Positions 48,666 to 58,544 of a stretch of DNA of 64,000 nucleotides are shown here, piece after piece; positions within the stretch are counted from its first letter, which is position 1; the number at the start of each line of letters is the position of its first letter. The stretch is from an uncultured Nitrospiraceae bacterium. GTDB taxonomy: Bacteria; Nitrospirota; Nitrospiria; Nitrospirales; Nitrospiraceae. The DNA is taken from the NCBI GenBank assembly GCA_963706325.1, contig CAVPLT010000004.1, positions 992,001 through 1,056,000 of the forward strand, in the 5' to 3' direction. The notes beneath the pieces were generated by a model. It saw nothing but the letters and a program-made list of their open reading frames with translations, searched no databases and was not told where the DNA came from. A program made the translations under genes and the position numbers.

Positions 48666-49740
48666 TAGCGCACAGAATCGCACAGAACAGGCGACACCGA
48701 AACGCAAAGCAGACGCGCGCGGCAAGGGCCAGATCGCCTTGAGTCGCGATGCCGTGATGGCGGTGGGATTACTGGGGAGCATGGGCGCCCTCTATTGGCT
48801 GGCACCGATCATTGTGGAACGGCTGCGCTGGACGCTTCAGGTATGGCTCAGCCAAGCCATGGAAGAATCCGCGCATCGCGCGCTGAGCCTGGATCATTTG
48901 CATGTCCTCCTCCGGCAAATCGGGATGGACGTATTCGTGACGCTTGCCCCGGTAGTCGGCGGCGTTGCGGTCATCGGGATCGGGGCGAATCTCATGCAAA
49001 CCGGTTTCCTCTGGAAGCGGGAGGGGATTGATTGGGACATCTCGCGTGTCAGTCCGATGGGCGGATTCAAGCGGCTGTTCTCTATTCGGACGTTCAGTGA
49101 GCTGGTGAAAACCTGGCTCAAGATTCTGGCGATCGGTTTCACGGGATACGTGGCCATTAAAGACGACATGTTGCAGTTCTCACCGCTCACCCAATTCGGC
49201 ATGGAGACACTCTTGCCCACCGTGGGATGGGCGACGTTCAAAGCTGCACTACTGATGGGCGGCGCGTCGTTGGTGATCGGCGCCCTCGATTATGGGTACC
49301 AACGCTTTGAATGGGAACGCGGCTTGCGGATGTCACGCGACGAGATCAAAGAGGAAAGTCGCGCGGCCGAGGGCGACCCGGCGCTCAGAGCGAAAATCCG
49401 CAGTACTCAGAAGGATATGGCCCGCAGGCGAATGATGGCCGCAGTTCCTAAGGCGGATGTGATTATCACGAATCCAACGCATTTAGCCGTGGCGCTTCGC
49501 TATGACTCCAAGGCGATGGGCGCGCCGATCGTGGTTGCCAAGGGCGCAGGCTTCGTGGCGGAAAAGATTCGGGAAATCGGCCGTCAGCACGGTGTCATGA
49601 TCGTCGAAAACAAACTGGTGGCGCGCACCCTCTTCAAACTCGTCGAAGTCGGTCGTGAGGTCCCGGAAGATCTCTATCGCGCCGTGGCTGAAATTCTGGC
49701 CTTTGTGTATCGCGTGCGCGGCAAGTTACCGCCGGCGTGA
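48658..49740 (+). CDS. flhB: Flagellar export protein FlhB
   Basis: TE..TPKR, EGDP, NPTH autocleavage motif, VVAKG. Confidence 0.97.
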   Translation: MADSAQNRTEQATPKRKADARGKGQIALSRDAVMAVGLLGSMGALYWLAPIIVERLRWTLQVWLSQAMEESAHRALSLDHLHVLLRQIGMDVFVTLAPVVGGVAVIGIGANLMQTGFLWKREGIDWDISRVSPMGGFKRLFSIRTFSELVKTWLKILAIGFTGYVAIKDDMLQFSPLTQFGMETLLPTVGWATFKAALLMGGASLVIGALDYGYQRFEWERGLRMSRDEIKEESRAAEGDPALRAKIRSTQKDMARRRMMAAVPKADVIITNPTHLAVALRYDSKAMGAPIVVAKGAGFVAEKIREIGRQHGVMIVENKLVARTLFKLVEVGREVPEDLYRAVAEILAFVYRVRGKLPPA

Positions 49741-49762
49741 TGCGGATGTTCATGGGGCAACG

Positions 49763-51871
49763 ATGACACAAGAGAACACCTCGGTTCCCACCACCTCACT
49801 GGTGAAACATCCCGACATTCTGATGTCCGTGGGCGTGGTGGGCATCTTGATGGTGATGTTGATCCCCTTGCCTCGTTTCTTCCTGGATCTCCTGCTGAGC
49901 TTCAATATCACGCTCTCCATCATCATTTTGCTGGTGGGGATGCAGGTCCGACGTCCGCTGGAATTCTCCGTCTTTCCTTCGATCCTGTTGCTGGTCACCC
50001 TGCTGCGCCTGGCCCTCAACATCGCATCCACGAGACTCATTCTTTTGCACGGCAACGAAGGAGTGGCGGCCGCCGGGGAAGTCATCCGGGCCTTCGGAAA
50101 TTTTGTCGTGGGCGGGAATTACACCGTCGGGTTGGTGGTGTTCACGATTCTGGTCATCATCAACTTCGTGGTCATCACGAAAGGCGCCGGCCGAGTGGCG
50201 GAAGTGGCCGCTCGTTTCACATTGGATGCCATGCCCGGCAAACAGATGAGTATCGATGCCGATCTGAATGCCGGCTTGATCAACGACAAAGAAGCCCGCC
50301 AGCGAAGGAAGGAAGTGGCGCAAGAAGCAGATTTCTACGGGGCCATGGACGGCGCCAGTAAATTCGTGCGCGGCGATGCCGTTGCAGCCGTCGTCATCAC
50401 CCTGGTTAATATTCTCGGTGGCTTAACGATCGGCGTGCTGCAACAGGGCATGACCATGGCCGCCGCAGCGCAGACGTATACCTTGCTCACCGTCGGCGAG
50501 GGATTGGTGGCGCAAGTTCCAGCGCTGATCGTCTCGACCGCAGCCGGTATCGTGATCACGCGTGCCGCTTCGGAAGTCAATCTGGGATTCGAAATTACGC
50601 GACAGATGCTGATCTCGCCGAAAGCCGTCGGCACTGCATCAGGCATTTTGCTCGCGCTGGGTCTGGTGCCGGGGCTGCCCCACGTCGCATTTCTCGCCCT
50701 GGGCGGCTTGACCGCATGGATGGCCTATCAAATCAATGAACAGCAAAAGGTCACGGAAGCCCTTCCGGCACAAGTTACCGCGGAGGTGAAGGGGGATGAG
50801 GCCGGCACGCAGGTGGTCCCTCTCGATCTCATGGAGGTCCAAGTAGGATACGGCCTCATCAGTTTGGTGGATGGCGGGCAGGGCGGCGCGTTGCTGGATC
50901 GGATCAAAGGCCTGCGCCGTCAGTTCGCCGAGCAAATGGGGTTTGTTTTGCCGCCCATCCATATTCGGGACAACCTTCAACTCCGTCCGAACGAATATGC
51001 AGCGCTTCTGAAAGGAGTGGAACTGGCCAAGTCGGAAGTGATGCCAGCACATGTGCTTGCAATCGATCCTGGTACGGCGCAGCGCGGAATCATTCATGGT
51101 CTTCCGACCAAGGAACCGGCCTTTGGGCTGCCGGCCATGTGGGTGCCGGAACACACGCGAGAGCAGGCGCAGATGGCCGGCTACACCGTGGTGGATCCTG
51201 GGTCCGCCATCGCGACCCATTTGTCGGAGCTCATTAAGCGGCACGCCCATGAACTCTTAGGGCGGCAAGAAGTGCAAGGCCTCCTTGATCAGCTGGGAAA
51301 AAACCACCCCAAACTGGTTGAGGAGGTGATTCCGAATCTGATCCCATTGGGGACGCTTGTCAGGGTGTTGTCACATCTGTTGCAGGAAGGCGTTCCGATT
51401 CGCGACCTGCGCAGTATTCTCGAAACGATCGCCGATCATGCCGCGACCACCAAGGATCCCGAGATTCTGACGGAAGTCGCGCGGCAAGCCCTTGGCCGGA
51501 CCATAACTAAGCAATATCTCGCGGCAGATGGATCATTGCCGATCATCGGCCTCGACCCACGCTTGGATCGAACGCTTGCGGACCAGGCGAACGCCACGCC
51601 GAATGGGAATCAGTGGGTGCCTGATCCGATGGTGGCACAGAAACTGCTCATTGCACTGAAAGCGTCGGCGGAGAGAATGGTCGGCCGCGGACATCAACCG
51701 GTCATTTTGTGCTCACCTTCACTGCGACGACATCTGCGGAAATTGACGGACCGTATATTGCATTCTGTCCCCATCCTGGGTTTGAACGAGGTGGAAAGCG
51801 TGGTTCGTTTGCAAGCGATGGAAACGGTGCGGCTCGACATCGAAGTCGGTGATACCAGGAGCTTGGCATGA
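49763..51871 (+). CDS. flhA: Flagellar export protein FlhA
   Basis: RVAEVAARFTLDAMPGKQMSIDADL, FYGAMDGASKFVRGDA. Confidence 0.98.
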   Translation: MTQENTSVPTTSLVKHPDILMSVGVVGILMVMLIPLPRFFLDLLLSFNITLSIIILLVGMQVRRPLEFSVFPSILLLVTLLRLALNIASTRLILLHGNEGVAAAGEVIRAFGNFVVGGNYTVGLVVFTILVIINFVVITKGAGRVAEVAARFTLDAMPGKQMSIDADLNAGLINDKEARQRRKEVAQEADFYGAMDGASKFVRGDAVAAVVITLVNILGGLTIGVLQQGMTMAAAAQTYTLLTVGEGLVAQVPALIVSTAAGIVITRAASEVNLGFEITRQMLISPKAVGTASGILLALGLVPGLPHVAFLALGGLTAWMAYQINEQQKVTEALPAQVTAEVKGDEAGTQVVPLDLMEVQVGYGLISLVDGGQGGALLDRIKGLRRQFAEQMGFVLPPIHIRDNLQLRPNEYAALLKGVELAKSEVMPAHVLAIDPGTAQRGIIHGLPTKEPAFGLPAMWVPEHTREQAQMAGYTVVDPGSAIATHLSELIKRHAHELLGRQEVQGLLDQLGKNHPKLVEEVIPNLIPLGTLVRVLSHLLQEGVPIRDLRSILETIADHAATTKDPEILTEVARQALGRTITKQYLAADGSLPIIGLDPRLDRTLADQANATPNGNQWVPDPMVAQKLLIALKASAERMVGRGHQPVILCSPSLRRHLRKLTDRILHSVPILGLNEVESVVRLQAMETVRLDIEVGDTRSLA

Positions 51872-53151
51872 AGGTACGCACATTCCACGTGAAATCGATG
51901 CACGAAGCCATACAATCCATTAAGAACACTCTTGGTCCGGATGCGGTCATTCTCTCTACCAAACGCGTACGGTCCTGGGACAACGGGTTTGGTCTTCTGG
52001 GCGGGTCAATTCTGGAAGTCATGGCGGCGATTGAAGATGACGCGGCGATACCGGCGCCAGTTCCACTATTTGGTGAAACCGATCGACTGGAGGTATCCCG
52101 CACTGAAGGTCCTTCACTGCCCCCGGAAGAGTCGCGTTTCCAAAAAACCCTGCAGGGCGCCATGGATACGTCCGTCGACCGGCCGCGCACGAATGCACGC
52201 CCCGCGCTGAGCAGCACACAGGAAACTCGCCTTACGTGGGCAACTACACCAGGCAGAACGGAGAGTAAGGGCGTCGCCATCCAGTCTTTTCAGCGCGTGT
52301 ACGAGGATTTACTGGCGCAGGGCGTGGAACATGCCACGGCAGAAGGCTGTCTACGAGAATTGCAAGAGACATTGGTCGAGCCTGGTTCCTCGCAACGCCA
52401 TTCGTCCTTACACTTGCTTCGAACGGTGCTCTTGGCTCGCATCACCACGGCCGGCCCCCTGCTGAGCACAGGCGGGGAACAGAAGATAGCATTGTTCGTC
52501 GGGCCGAGCGGAGCCGGGAAGACGTCCACCATTGCAAAGTTAGCGACACAATACGGCATCGTCGAGCAGCGGAGTATTGCGCTGATTACCATGGATACCT
52601 ATCGGCCGGCGGCGGTAGAGCATCTGCGATTATACGCAGAGGTGTTGGGTATCGAGCTCGTCGTTGCGACTTCCTGCGAAGAGGTCCGCGCAGCAATCGA
52701 TCAAGCCCGTGAGGCTGAGCTGATCATGATCGACACGGCTGGGTTCAATCCCTATGAGCCCATCGCGTCTCAACGATGGAGAGGGCTATTGAACGGACTG
52801 TCGCCGATGGAGGTCCATCTGGTCCTTGCCGCAGGGACGCGCGTGCCGGACCTTGTGGTCACCACCAGTCAGTGCGTGGACGTGCCGTTATTGCGTTTAT
52901 TGTTCACGAAGCTCGATGAGACCACAGGGTACGGCGGAATTTTTGAAGCGACGCATCGATCCGGCGTGCCACTGTCTTATTGGGGAACCGGCCAACGCGT
53001 GCCGGATGACCTCATGCCGGCGCATGTCGATCGTTTAGGCGACTTGCTGCTGGGAGGACAGGTCAGGACGCCGATACTGGCCGCGACCGAGTCGTGGGAT
53101 CGACAGGCGATGCAGGCCATGGTACCCGGCATCAAGGCCCATTCGCGATAG
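51868..53151 (+). CDS. flhF: SRP-type GTPase FlhF
   Basis: LGPDAVILS, GPSGAGKT, DTYR, DTAG, TKLDE, GQRVPDDL. Confidence 0.95.
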   Translation: MKVRTFHVKSMHEAIQSIKNTLGPDAVILSTKRVRSWDNGFGLLGGSILEVMAAIEDDAAIPAPVPLFGETDRLEVSRTEGPSLPPEESRFQKTLQGAMDTSVDRPRTNARPALSSTQETRLTWATTPGRTESKGVAIQSFQRVYEDLLAQGVEHATAEGCLRELQETLVEPGSSQRHSSLHLLRTVLLARITTAGPLLSTGGEQKIALFVGPSGAGKTSTIAKLATQYGIVEQRSIALITMDTYRPAAVEHLRLYAEVLGIELVVATSCEEVRAAIDQAREAELIMIDTAGFNPYEPIASQRWRGLLNGLSPMEVHLVLAAGTRVPDLVVTTSQCVDVPLLRLLFTKLDETTGYGGIFEATHRSGVPLSYWGTGQRVPDDLMPAHVDRLGDLLLGGQVRTPILAATESWDRQAMQAMVPGIKAHSR

Positions 53152-53185
53152 ACCGAAGTTGAATAAGAGGGGAGAGACCATACCG

Positions 53186-54046
53186 ATGCAACCAGGAATT
53201 CTGGACCCAGAGGCGAAGCAGCCCGATGCCAGCATCATGGCCTCTCGAACGCAGGTGATTACCGTGACCAGCGGGAAGGGTGGGGTCGGAAAGACGAATG
53301 TCGTGGCGAATACTGCCATTGCTTTGGCTCAAACCGGCAAACGCGTGCTGGTGCTCGACGCCGATCTCGGCTTGGGCAATATCGACATTTTGTTGGGTCT
53401 GACGCCGAAGTACACGCTGGAACATGTATTGGCTAAATCCTGCCGCCTGGAAGACATCGCGTTGACAGGGCCCAACGGGATTGTGGTGTTACCGGCCAGT
53501 ACCGGCATCTCGCAACTGACGACGTTGACGGAAGCCCAGCAGGTGATTCTGCAGGAAGAACTCGAGCGGTTGGCCTCGACTATGGATGTGTTGTTGATCG
53601 ACACCGGAGCCGGCATTTCGTCGACCGTCACGTATTTCGCTGCGGCAGCGCAATCGATTGTCATTGTCGTGTCTCCGGAGCCCACGTCGCTCACGGATGC
53701 GTATGCGTTAATGAAGGTGTTGCTGCGTCAATATCGGGAGCGCCGGTTTTATGTGCTCGTCAATATGGTGAAATCTCCCCGCGATGCGGCGCGTGTCTAC
53801 CGCAAGCTGGAAACGGCGGTGAGCCGGTTCCTCCATATTTCATTGGATTACCTGGGAGCGATTCCGCTCGATGACTACGTGCCGATGGCTGTGACTCAAC
53901 AGCGAGCCGTCCTCGATCTCTACCCCAATGCGCCTGCCAGCCGGGCCTTTCGAGAGCTTACCGACGCGGTGGGTCAGCTGACTCCTCCGGCACTTCCCAA
54001 GGGCACCGTGCAGTTCCTTTGGCAGCAACTCTTACGGACGCACTGA
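53186..54046 (+). CDS. flhG: MinD-like ATPase FlhG/FleN
   Basis: SGKGGVGKT, DADLGLGN, IDTGAG, PEPTSLTDAYA. Confidence 0.95.
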   Translation: MQPGILDPEAKQPDASIMASRTQVITVTSGKGGVGKTNVVANTAIALAQTGKRVLVLDADLGLGNIDILLGLTPKYTLEHVLAKSCRLEDIALTGPNGIVVLPASTGISQLTTLTEAQQVILQEELERLASTMDVLLIDTGAGISSTVTYFAAAAQSIVIVVSPEPTSLTDAYALMKVLLRQYRERRFYVLVNMVKSPRDAARVYRKLETAVSRFLHISLDYLGAIPLDDYVPMAVTQQRAVLDLYPNAPASRAFRELTDAVGQLTPPALPKGTVQFLWQQLLRTH

Positions 54047-54068
54047 TCGAAAGGATTGCACGTCTATT

Positions 54069-54827
54069 ATGCATGCTCACAAAATGCCTGCGGTCGGAAG
54101 CGGGCCCCGCAAAGTGATTGCGGAATCGGATCGAGAACGAGTGATTCAGGAATTCACGCACGTCGTGAAAGCTATGGCCCACCGGTTGGCCTTTCGTCTG
54201 CCGGCCTACATGGACGCCGAAGATCTGATGTCCGTCGGCATTATGGGCCTCATGGACGCGATGGACAAATACGACCCGACGCGCGAAGCCAAGTTCAAAA
54301 CCTACGCAGAGTTCAGAATCCGCGGGGCGATGCTGGATGAAATCAGATCAATGGATTGGATTCCGCGGTCCGTTCACGAGCGGATCACGCTCCTTCAGAA
54401 AACCTATTCCGAGTTATTACACCGTTTGGGTCGGCCGCCGACGGACCAGGAAGTCGGCGAGGAACTCAAGATGTCGGCCGACGAACTGGACGAATTCTTA
54501 ACTCGCTCCCGAGGGGCGATTGTGATCAGCCTCGACGATCTCGGCGTGCAGGACGCAGACGGTCATAAAATCATCAGCGTGCTGACTGACTCCAATCAGC
54601 CAGATCCACTTTCTGTGCTGGTCAGCGAGAGGGCGCGACATGTGTTGGAATCGGCCATCCACGAATTGCCCGAAAAAGAGCGCACGGTGCTCTCCCTCTA
54701 TTATTTCGAGGAACTGACCATGAAGGAGATCGGGCAGGCGCTCAAGGTGACGGAATCGCGAGTGTGCCAGATCCATTCAAAGGCCATCCTCCATCTCAAA
54801 GCACGGTTAGAACCAGTCGACGCGTGA
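54069..54827 (+). CDS. fliA: RNA polymerase sigma factor FliA (sigma28)
   Basis: F.TYA..RIRGAMLDE.R..DW.PRS, YYFEELTMKEIG, ESRVCQIH. Confidence 0.97.
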   Translation: MHAHKMPAVGSGPRKVIAESDRERVIQEFTHVVKAMAHRLAFRLPAYMDAEDLMSVGIMGLMDAMDKYDPTREAKFKTYAEFRIRGAMLDEIRSMDWIPRSVHERITLLQKTYSELLHRLGRPPTDQEVGEELKMSADELDEFLTRSRGAIVISLDDLGVQDADGHKIISVLTDSNQPDPLSVLVSERARHVLESAIHELPEKERTVLSLYYFEELTMKEIGQALKVTESRVCQIHSKAILHLKARLEPVDA

Positions 54828-54921
54828 CTACTGCAGCTCATCTTGCCGGTCACTTCACCTGTATGCCCGATCGATCGTGACCGCCACAAAAGAACCCCGC
54901 CGCCATACATGCTCGCCAGTC

Positions 54922-54949
54922 TTTAGTTTCCTCTCCTACCAGCCGATAT
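54922..54949 (+). promoter_or_regulatory. Sigma28-like promoter
   Basis: TTTA-N16-GCCGATAT upstream of the GGDEF-like gene. Confidence 0.5.
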
Positions 54950-54998
54950 TTTATTAGTGCCACTACGTGATCGGCCATCATGACCTTCGCCTGACTCT

Positions 54999-55874
54999 AT
55001 GATTTCCCCTCATCGAGGCCCCACAGGTTTGAACGCGCACCGCCGGCGGGGGTCGGCAAAAATGCCTTCATCGTCCGAGGATAATGGCCCGGCCGCGTTC
55101 AATACGGCGCAATTCGGCGTCATGGCCTGCATTTTATTCATGGCCGGAGGCTTGTATTGGACCGCGTCGGTTGGGCTGCTCACCCTCTCGGCTCTGAGAG
55201 CCTATCCAGTCATGATCTGGATGGGAGGCAGCGCGCTGGCCCTGGTTGTCCTCGGAACTTCTTTTTGGTCCTCTCGAGGTCGTGCGGTGGGCCCTTCGGA
55301 TCAATCTCTGAGCAACGAATCAAATCGTGCTTGCACGAGCACCTACGATTCAGTGACCGGTCTTCCTACGAACCGCCTTTTCAGATCCCTTCTCAACCAA
55401 GCTCTCTCCAGAGCCGGCAAAAATGGTCGTCAAGTCGCAATTCTCGTCGTAGAGATGGATTACTTTACGTTGTCGACCGAATTACACGGGCAGGTGAATC
55501 ACAACCTCATCTACCGAGTTCAGGCCGCTCGTGTGAAGAGTGCGTTGCGGACGACGGACTGTGTTGCCAGACTGGCTGAACGCACCTTTGCCGTTCTATT
55601 GGAACAGGTGACGAATGTTGAGGAGGTCGTGGCTGCGGCGACAAAAATGCAGGCCATCGTTTCGCTGCCGTTTACCCTCGACGGATATGACATCTTCCTC
55701 ACGAGTCGTATCGGCATCAGCCTCTCGACTTCCGACGATATTGAAGCCAGCTCCCTGCTTGATTCAGCCGCCCAGGCTGTTGCAATCGCGCGAGCCGAAG
55801 GGTATGCGTTGTATGGGCTCCATGGCGCGGTCTCGACTCCGCACGTTGATTCTTCCTCCACGATCGCTGCCTAA
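54999..55874 (+). CDS. Membrane-anchored degenerate GGDEF-domain protein
   Basis: Two TM helices, YDSVTGLPTNR, LRTTDCVARL-AERTF (GGDEF replaced), SRIGIS; start may be 55062. Confidence 0.85.
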   Translation: MISPHRGPTGLNAHRRRGSAKMPSSSEDNGPAAFNTAQFGVMACILFMAGGLYWTASVGLLTLSALRAYPVMIWMGGSALALVVLGTSFWSSRGRAVGPSDQSLSNESNRACTSTYDSVTGLPTNRLFRSLLNQALSRAGKNGRQVAILVVEMDYFTLSTELHGQVNHNLIYRVQAARVKSALRTTDCVARLAERTFAVLLEQVTNVEEVVAAATKMQAIVSLPFTLDGYDIFLTSRIGISLSTSDDIEASSLLDSAAQAVAIARAEGYALYGLHGAVSTPHVDSSSTIAA

Positions 55875-55911
55875 CCACCGGTTACTCTTTAGATGAGCCG
55901 GCTTCCACAAT

Positions 55912-56114
55912 AGGCAGGTCTTGCCTTGTGTCAGGCAAAGACTTCCTCCCTTTCCATCCGGTGCCATACGCTCGGACAGTGCCTGCTCTGAGCAATCCGG
56001 AAGTATAGCGGCCTGCAAAAGTCCCATCTATCGACAATCATGACGATTTTAATACGACCCGATTTGAGAGGCGAGCAGTGATCCCTCGTGGAGGATGATG
56101 GCATGTCGATTGCT
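55912..56114 (+). promoter_or_regulatory. Sigma54 promoter of the flgF operon with a GGCA-N5-TGCC site
   Basis: AGGCAGGTCTTGCCT at 55912-55926; TGGCATGTCGATTGCT at 56099-56114. Confidence 0.7.
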
Positions 56115-56157
56115 AAGTACCAAGTAGCACATCAGGAACGGCTGGAACGTACACACT

Positions 56158-56928
56158 ATGAATCGAGCCATCTACCCCATACTCTCCGGCGCTGTAGCAC
56201 AGGAGAAACAGCTCCAAGTGTTTGCCAATAATTTGGCGAACGTCAATACCGCCGGGTTCAAACAAGATCAACAAGGGTTTCGAGGTTTGTTTGCCAGAGC
56301 CAATTCCACGGCGGTGACTGCGACGTCCGGCCATGGCGTGGTGTCGACTATTTCTGTTCGTCCATCCGGCCCCACCGAGCGAGTCTTCGCGGAAGCGAAG
56401 TCTGTTCGAACAGCCTTCGAGCCGGGTCGGATTCGCATTACGGGCAATCCGCTTGATGTCGCCATACAGAATAACGGCTTCTTCGAGGTCAAGACCGCCG
56501 ATGGAGTGCGCTATACGAGGAACGGGATTTTTTCACTTGATAACCAGCGACGGCTGGTCACCAACCTCGGACATCCCGTGATGGGCATCAAGGGAGAGAT
56601 CAAGGTGCCTCCGGGCAACATTCAGATTAATGCCGAGGGAGGCATACAAGTCGACGGAAACCCCATCGGCGCCATCAAGGTGGTGGAGTTCCCCGATAAC
56701 CAGATGCCGCAGAAATTTGCCGAAGGGTTGTTTATCGGCGGGAAACCGACCGTCTCTCTCAGACCGCAAGTCCAGTCGGGGCATATCGAAGAGTCGAACG
56801 TCAATTCCTTGAGCGAGATGGTGAAGATGATCCAGGGCATGCGCAGCTATGAATCAGCGCAAAAACTCATTCAAACCCTAGACCATATGACGGATACGGC
56901 GATCCAGGATCTTGGCCGGGTGCAATAG
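56158..56928 (+). CDS. flgF: Flagellar basal-body rod protein FlgF
   Basis: ANNLANVNT.GFK, TGNPLDVAI, YTRNG, EESNVN; precedes flgG. Confidence 0.93.
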   Translation: MNRAIYPILSGAVAQEKQLQVFANNLANVNTAGFKQDQQGFRGLFARANSTAVTATSGHGVVSTISVRPSGPTERVFAEAKSVRTAFEPGRIRITGNPLDVAIQNNGFFEVKTADGVRYTRNGIFSLDNQRRLVTNLGHPVMGIKGEIKVPPGNIQINAEGGIQVDGNPIGAIKVVEFPDNQMPQKFAEGLFIGGKPTVSLRPQVQSGHIEESNVNSLSEMVKMIQGMRSYESAQKLIQTLDHMTDTAIQDLGRVQ

Positions 56929-56937
56929 GAGCAATCT

Positions 56938-57729
56938 ATGATTCGCGCAATGTGGACGGCGGCAACGGGCATGACAGCCCAGCAATTGAATGTGGACACC
57001 ATCGCCAACAATCTGGCGAACGTCAACACGAACGCGTTCAAGCGCAGCCGCGCGGAATTCGGCGACCTCCTCTATCAGATCCAGCGATTGCCGGGTACCA
57101 ATGCGTCGAACGTCGGGGTGTTTCCTGTCGGCGTGCAAGTTGGGGGCGGTGTGCGGCCCATTACCGTTGCCAAGGAATGGATGCAGGGCAACATGCGCCA
57201 GACCAGCAACGATCTGGACCTGGCCATCGACGGCGCCGGATTTTTTCAGATTACCAGGCCGGACGGCACGATTATGTATACCCGCAATGGATCGTTCAAG
57301 CGCGATAACGTCGGCAATCTTGTCACCGGCGACGGCGACCAGCTCAATCCGGTGATTACGATTCCGTCCGGCACGCTAAAAATCGATATCGGCCAAGACG
57401 GCACCGTCTCCGCACTGCTTCCCGGTGTCACTCAGGCTTCGCAGGTGGGGCAGATTCAGCTGGTGCGTTTCGACAACCCGTCCGGCCTGGTCGCGATGGG
57501 CGGCAATCTATTCCTCGATAGCTTTGCCTCAGGGCCGGCGCAACAAGGCACCGGTGGATTTTCAACCGGTTTTGGAACGCTCCAGCAGGGATTTTTGGAA
57601 AGCTCCAACGTCAATTTGGCGGAAGAGATGGTCAATATGATCATCGCCCAGAGGAGTTACGAAATTAACTCCAAAACGATTCAAGCATCCGATGAAATGA
57701 TGCAAATCGCGAACAACCTACGTCGGTAA
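56938..57729 (+). CDS. flgG: Flagellar distal rod protein FlgG
   Basis: M.RAMWTAATGM.AQQ, F.DLLYQ, QVG.GV, QGFLE.SNV, QRSYE.NSK. Confidence 0.97.
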   Translation: MIRAMWTAATGMTAQQLNVDTIANNLANVNTNAFKRSRAEFGDLLYQIQRLPGTNASNVGVFPVGVQVGGGVRPITVAKEWMQGNMRQTSNDLDLAIDGAGFFQITRPDGTIMYTRNGSFKRDNVGNLVTGDGDQLNPVITIPSGTLKIDIGQDGTVSALLPGVTQASQVGQIQLVRFDNPSGLVAMGGNLFLDSFASGPAQQGTGGFSTGFGTLQQGFLESSNVNLAEEMVNMIIAQRSYEINSKTIQASDEMMQIANNLRR

Positions 57730-57738
57730 TTACGCAAG

Positions 57739-58544
57739 GTGAAACCAGTGATGCAAGCCACCCTCATGTTTGTCGCGGTCATCAGCACGCTCGCAACCGG
57801 CGCCATGCCCACGGAGGGGGGGAGAGGACTCTCCTTTCTTCGGCTGTCCGAGTCCACGAAGTTTCGTCGCCAAGCGGACACAACCCTCCAGGGACACGCG
57901 GCAAACGGTTGGTCTACCCGGAACAGGTTCGCGAAGCGATCCACGGGTTTGTTCTCAGGGAAATTGCAGGCAGGGCAGTGGACTGCCAAGTCGCGCTGGG
58001 CGACCCTCAACAGCCCATCGCCGTTCCTTCCGGAAATTTAGATCTACAGGTCAGCGCCGCGCGATCGGACGAGCCGCTCGGTCGGCGAGTGTTTCAGATT
58101 CACGTCGCGGTAAACGGGCGTTTCATTAAGACCGTGGATGCGACGGCCGATGTGGCCGCCGTGCAGGAAGTGGTCGTGCCTGTCCGCCCCATCAAAATGG
58201 ATGAGCAAATCGAAGCCGACGATGTGACGACGGATCGCATCGTGCTGTTCGATCTTAAACAGCCATATATCACCAATCCTGCCGATGTGATCGGCAAAGC
58301 AGCCATCAGGCCGCTGGCGGCGCAGAGCGCCATCCGGATCACTGCAGTGCGACGTCCCTTTGCGGTCCATAAAGGCGATCGCGTGATGATTGAGGCTCGC
58401 CAGGGCAACCTCTCAATCCAGACTGTCGGGGTGACGAAGTCTCATGGCGAAATGGGGCAAACCATCACCGTCTCCAATGTCGATTCCGGTAAAGAGCTGC
58501 GTGCGACCGTCGTCGCGCCAGGGGTGGTTCGTGTCACGTTTTAA
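57739..58544 (+). pseudogene. flgA: Flagellar P-ring chaperone FlgA, frameshifted at or near a G7 tract
   Basis: Signal peptide in one frame (from 57739), SAF/FlgA body (V.KGD.V, G..GQ.I.V.N..SGK) in another; adding one G at 57816-57822 joins them. Confidence 0.8.
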
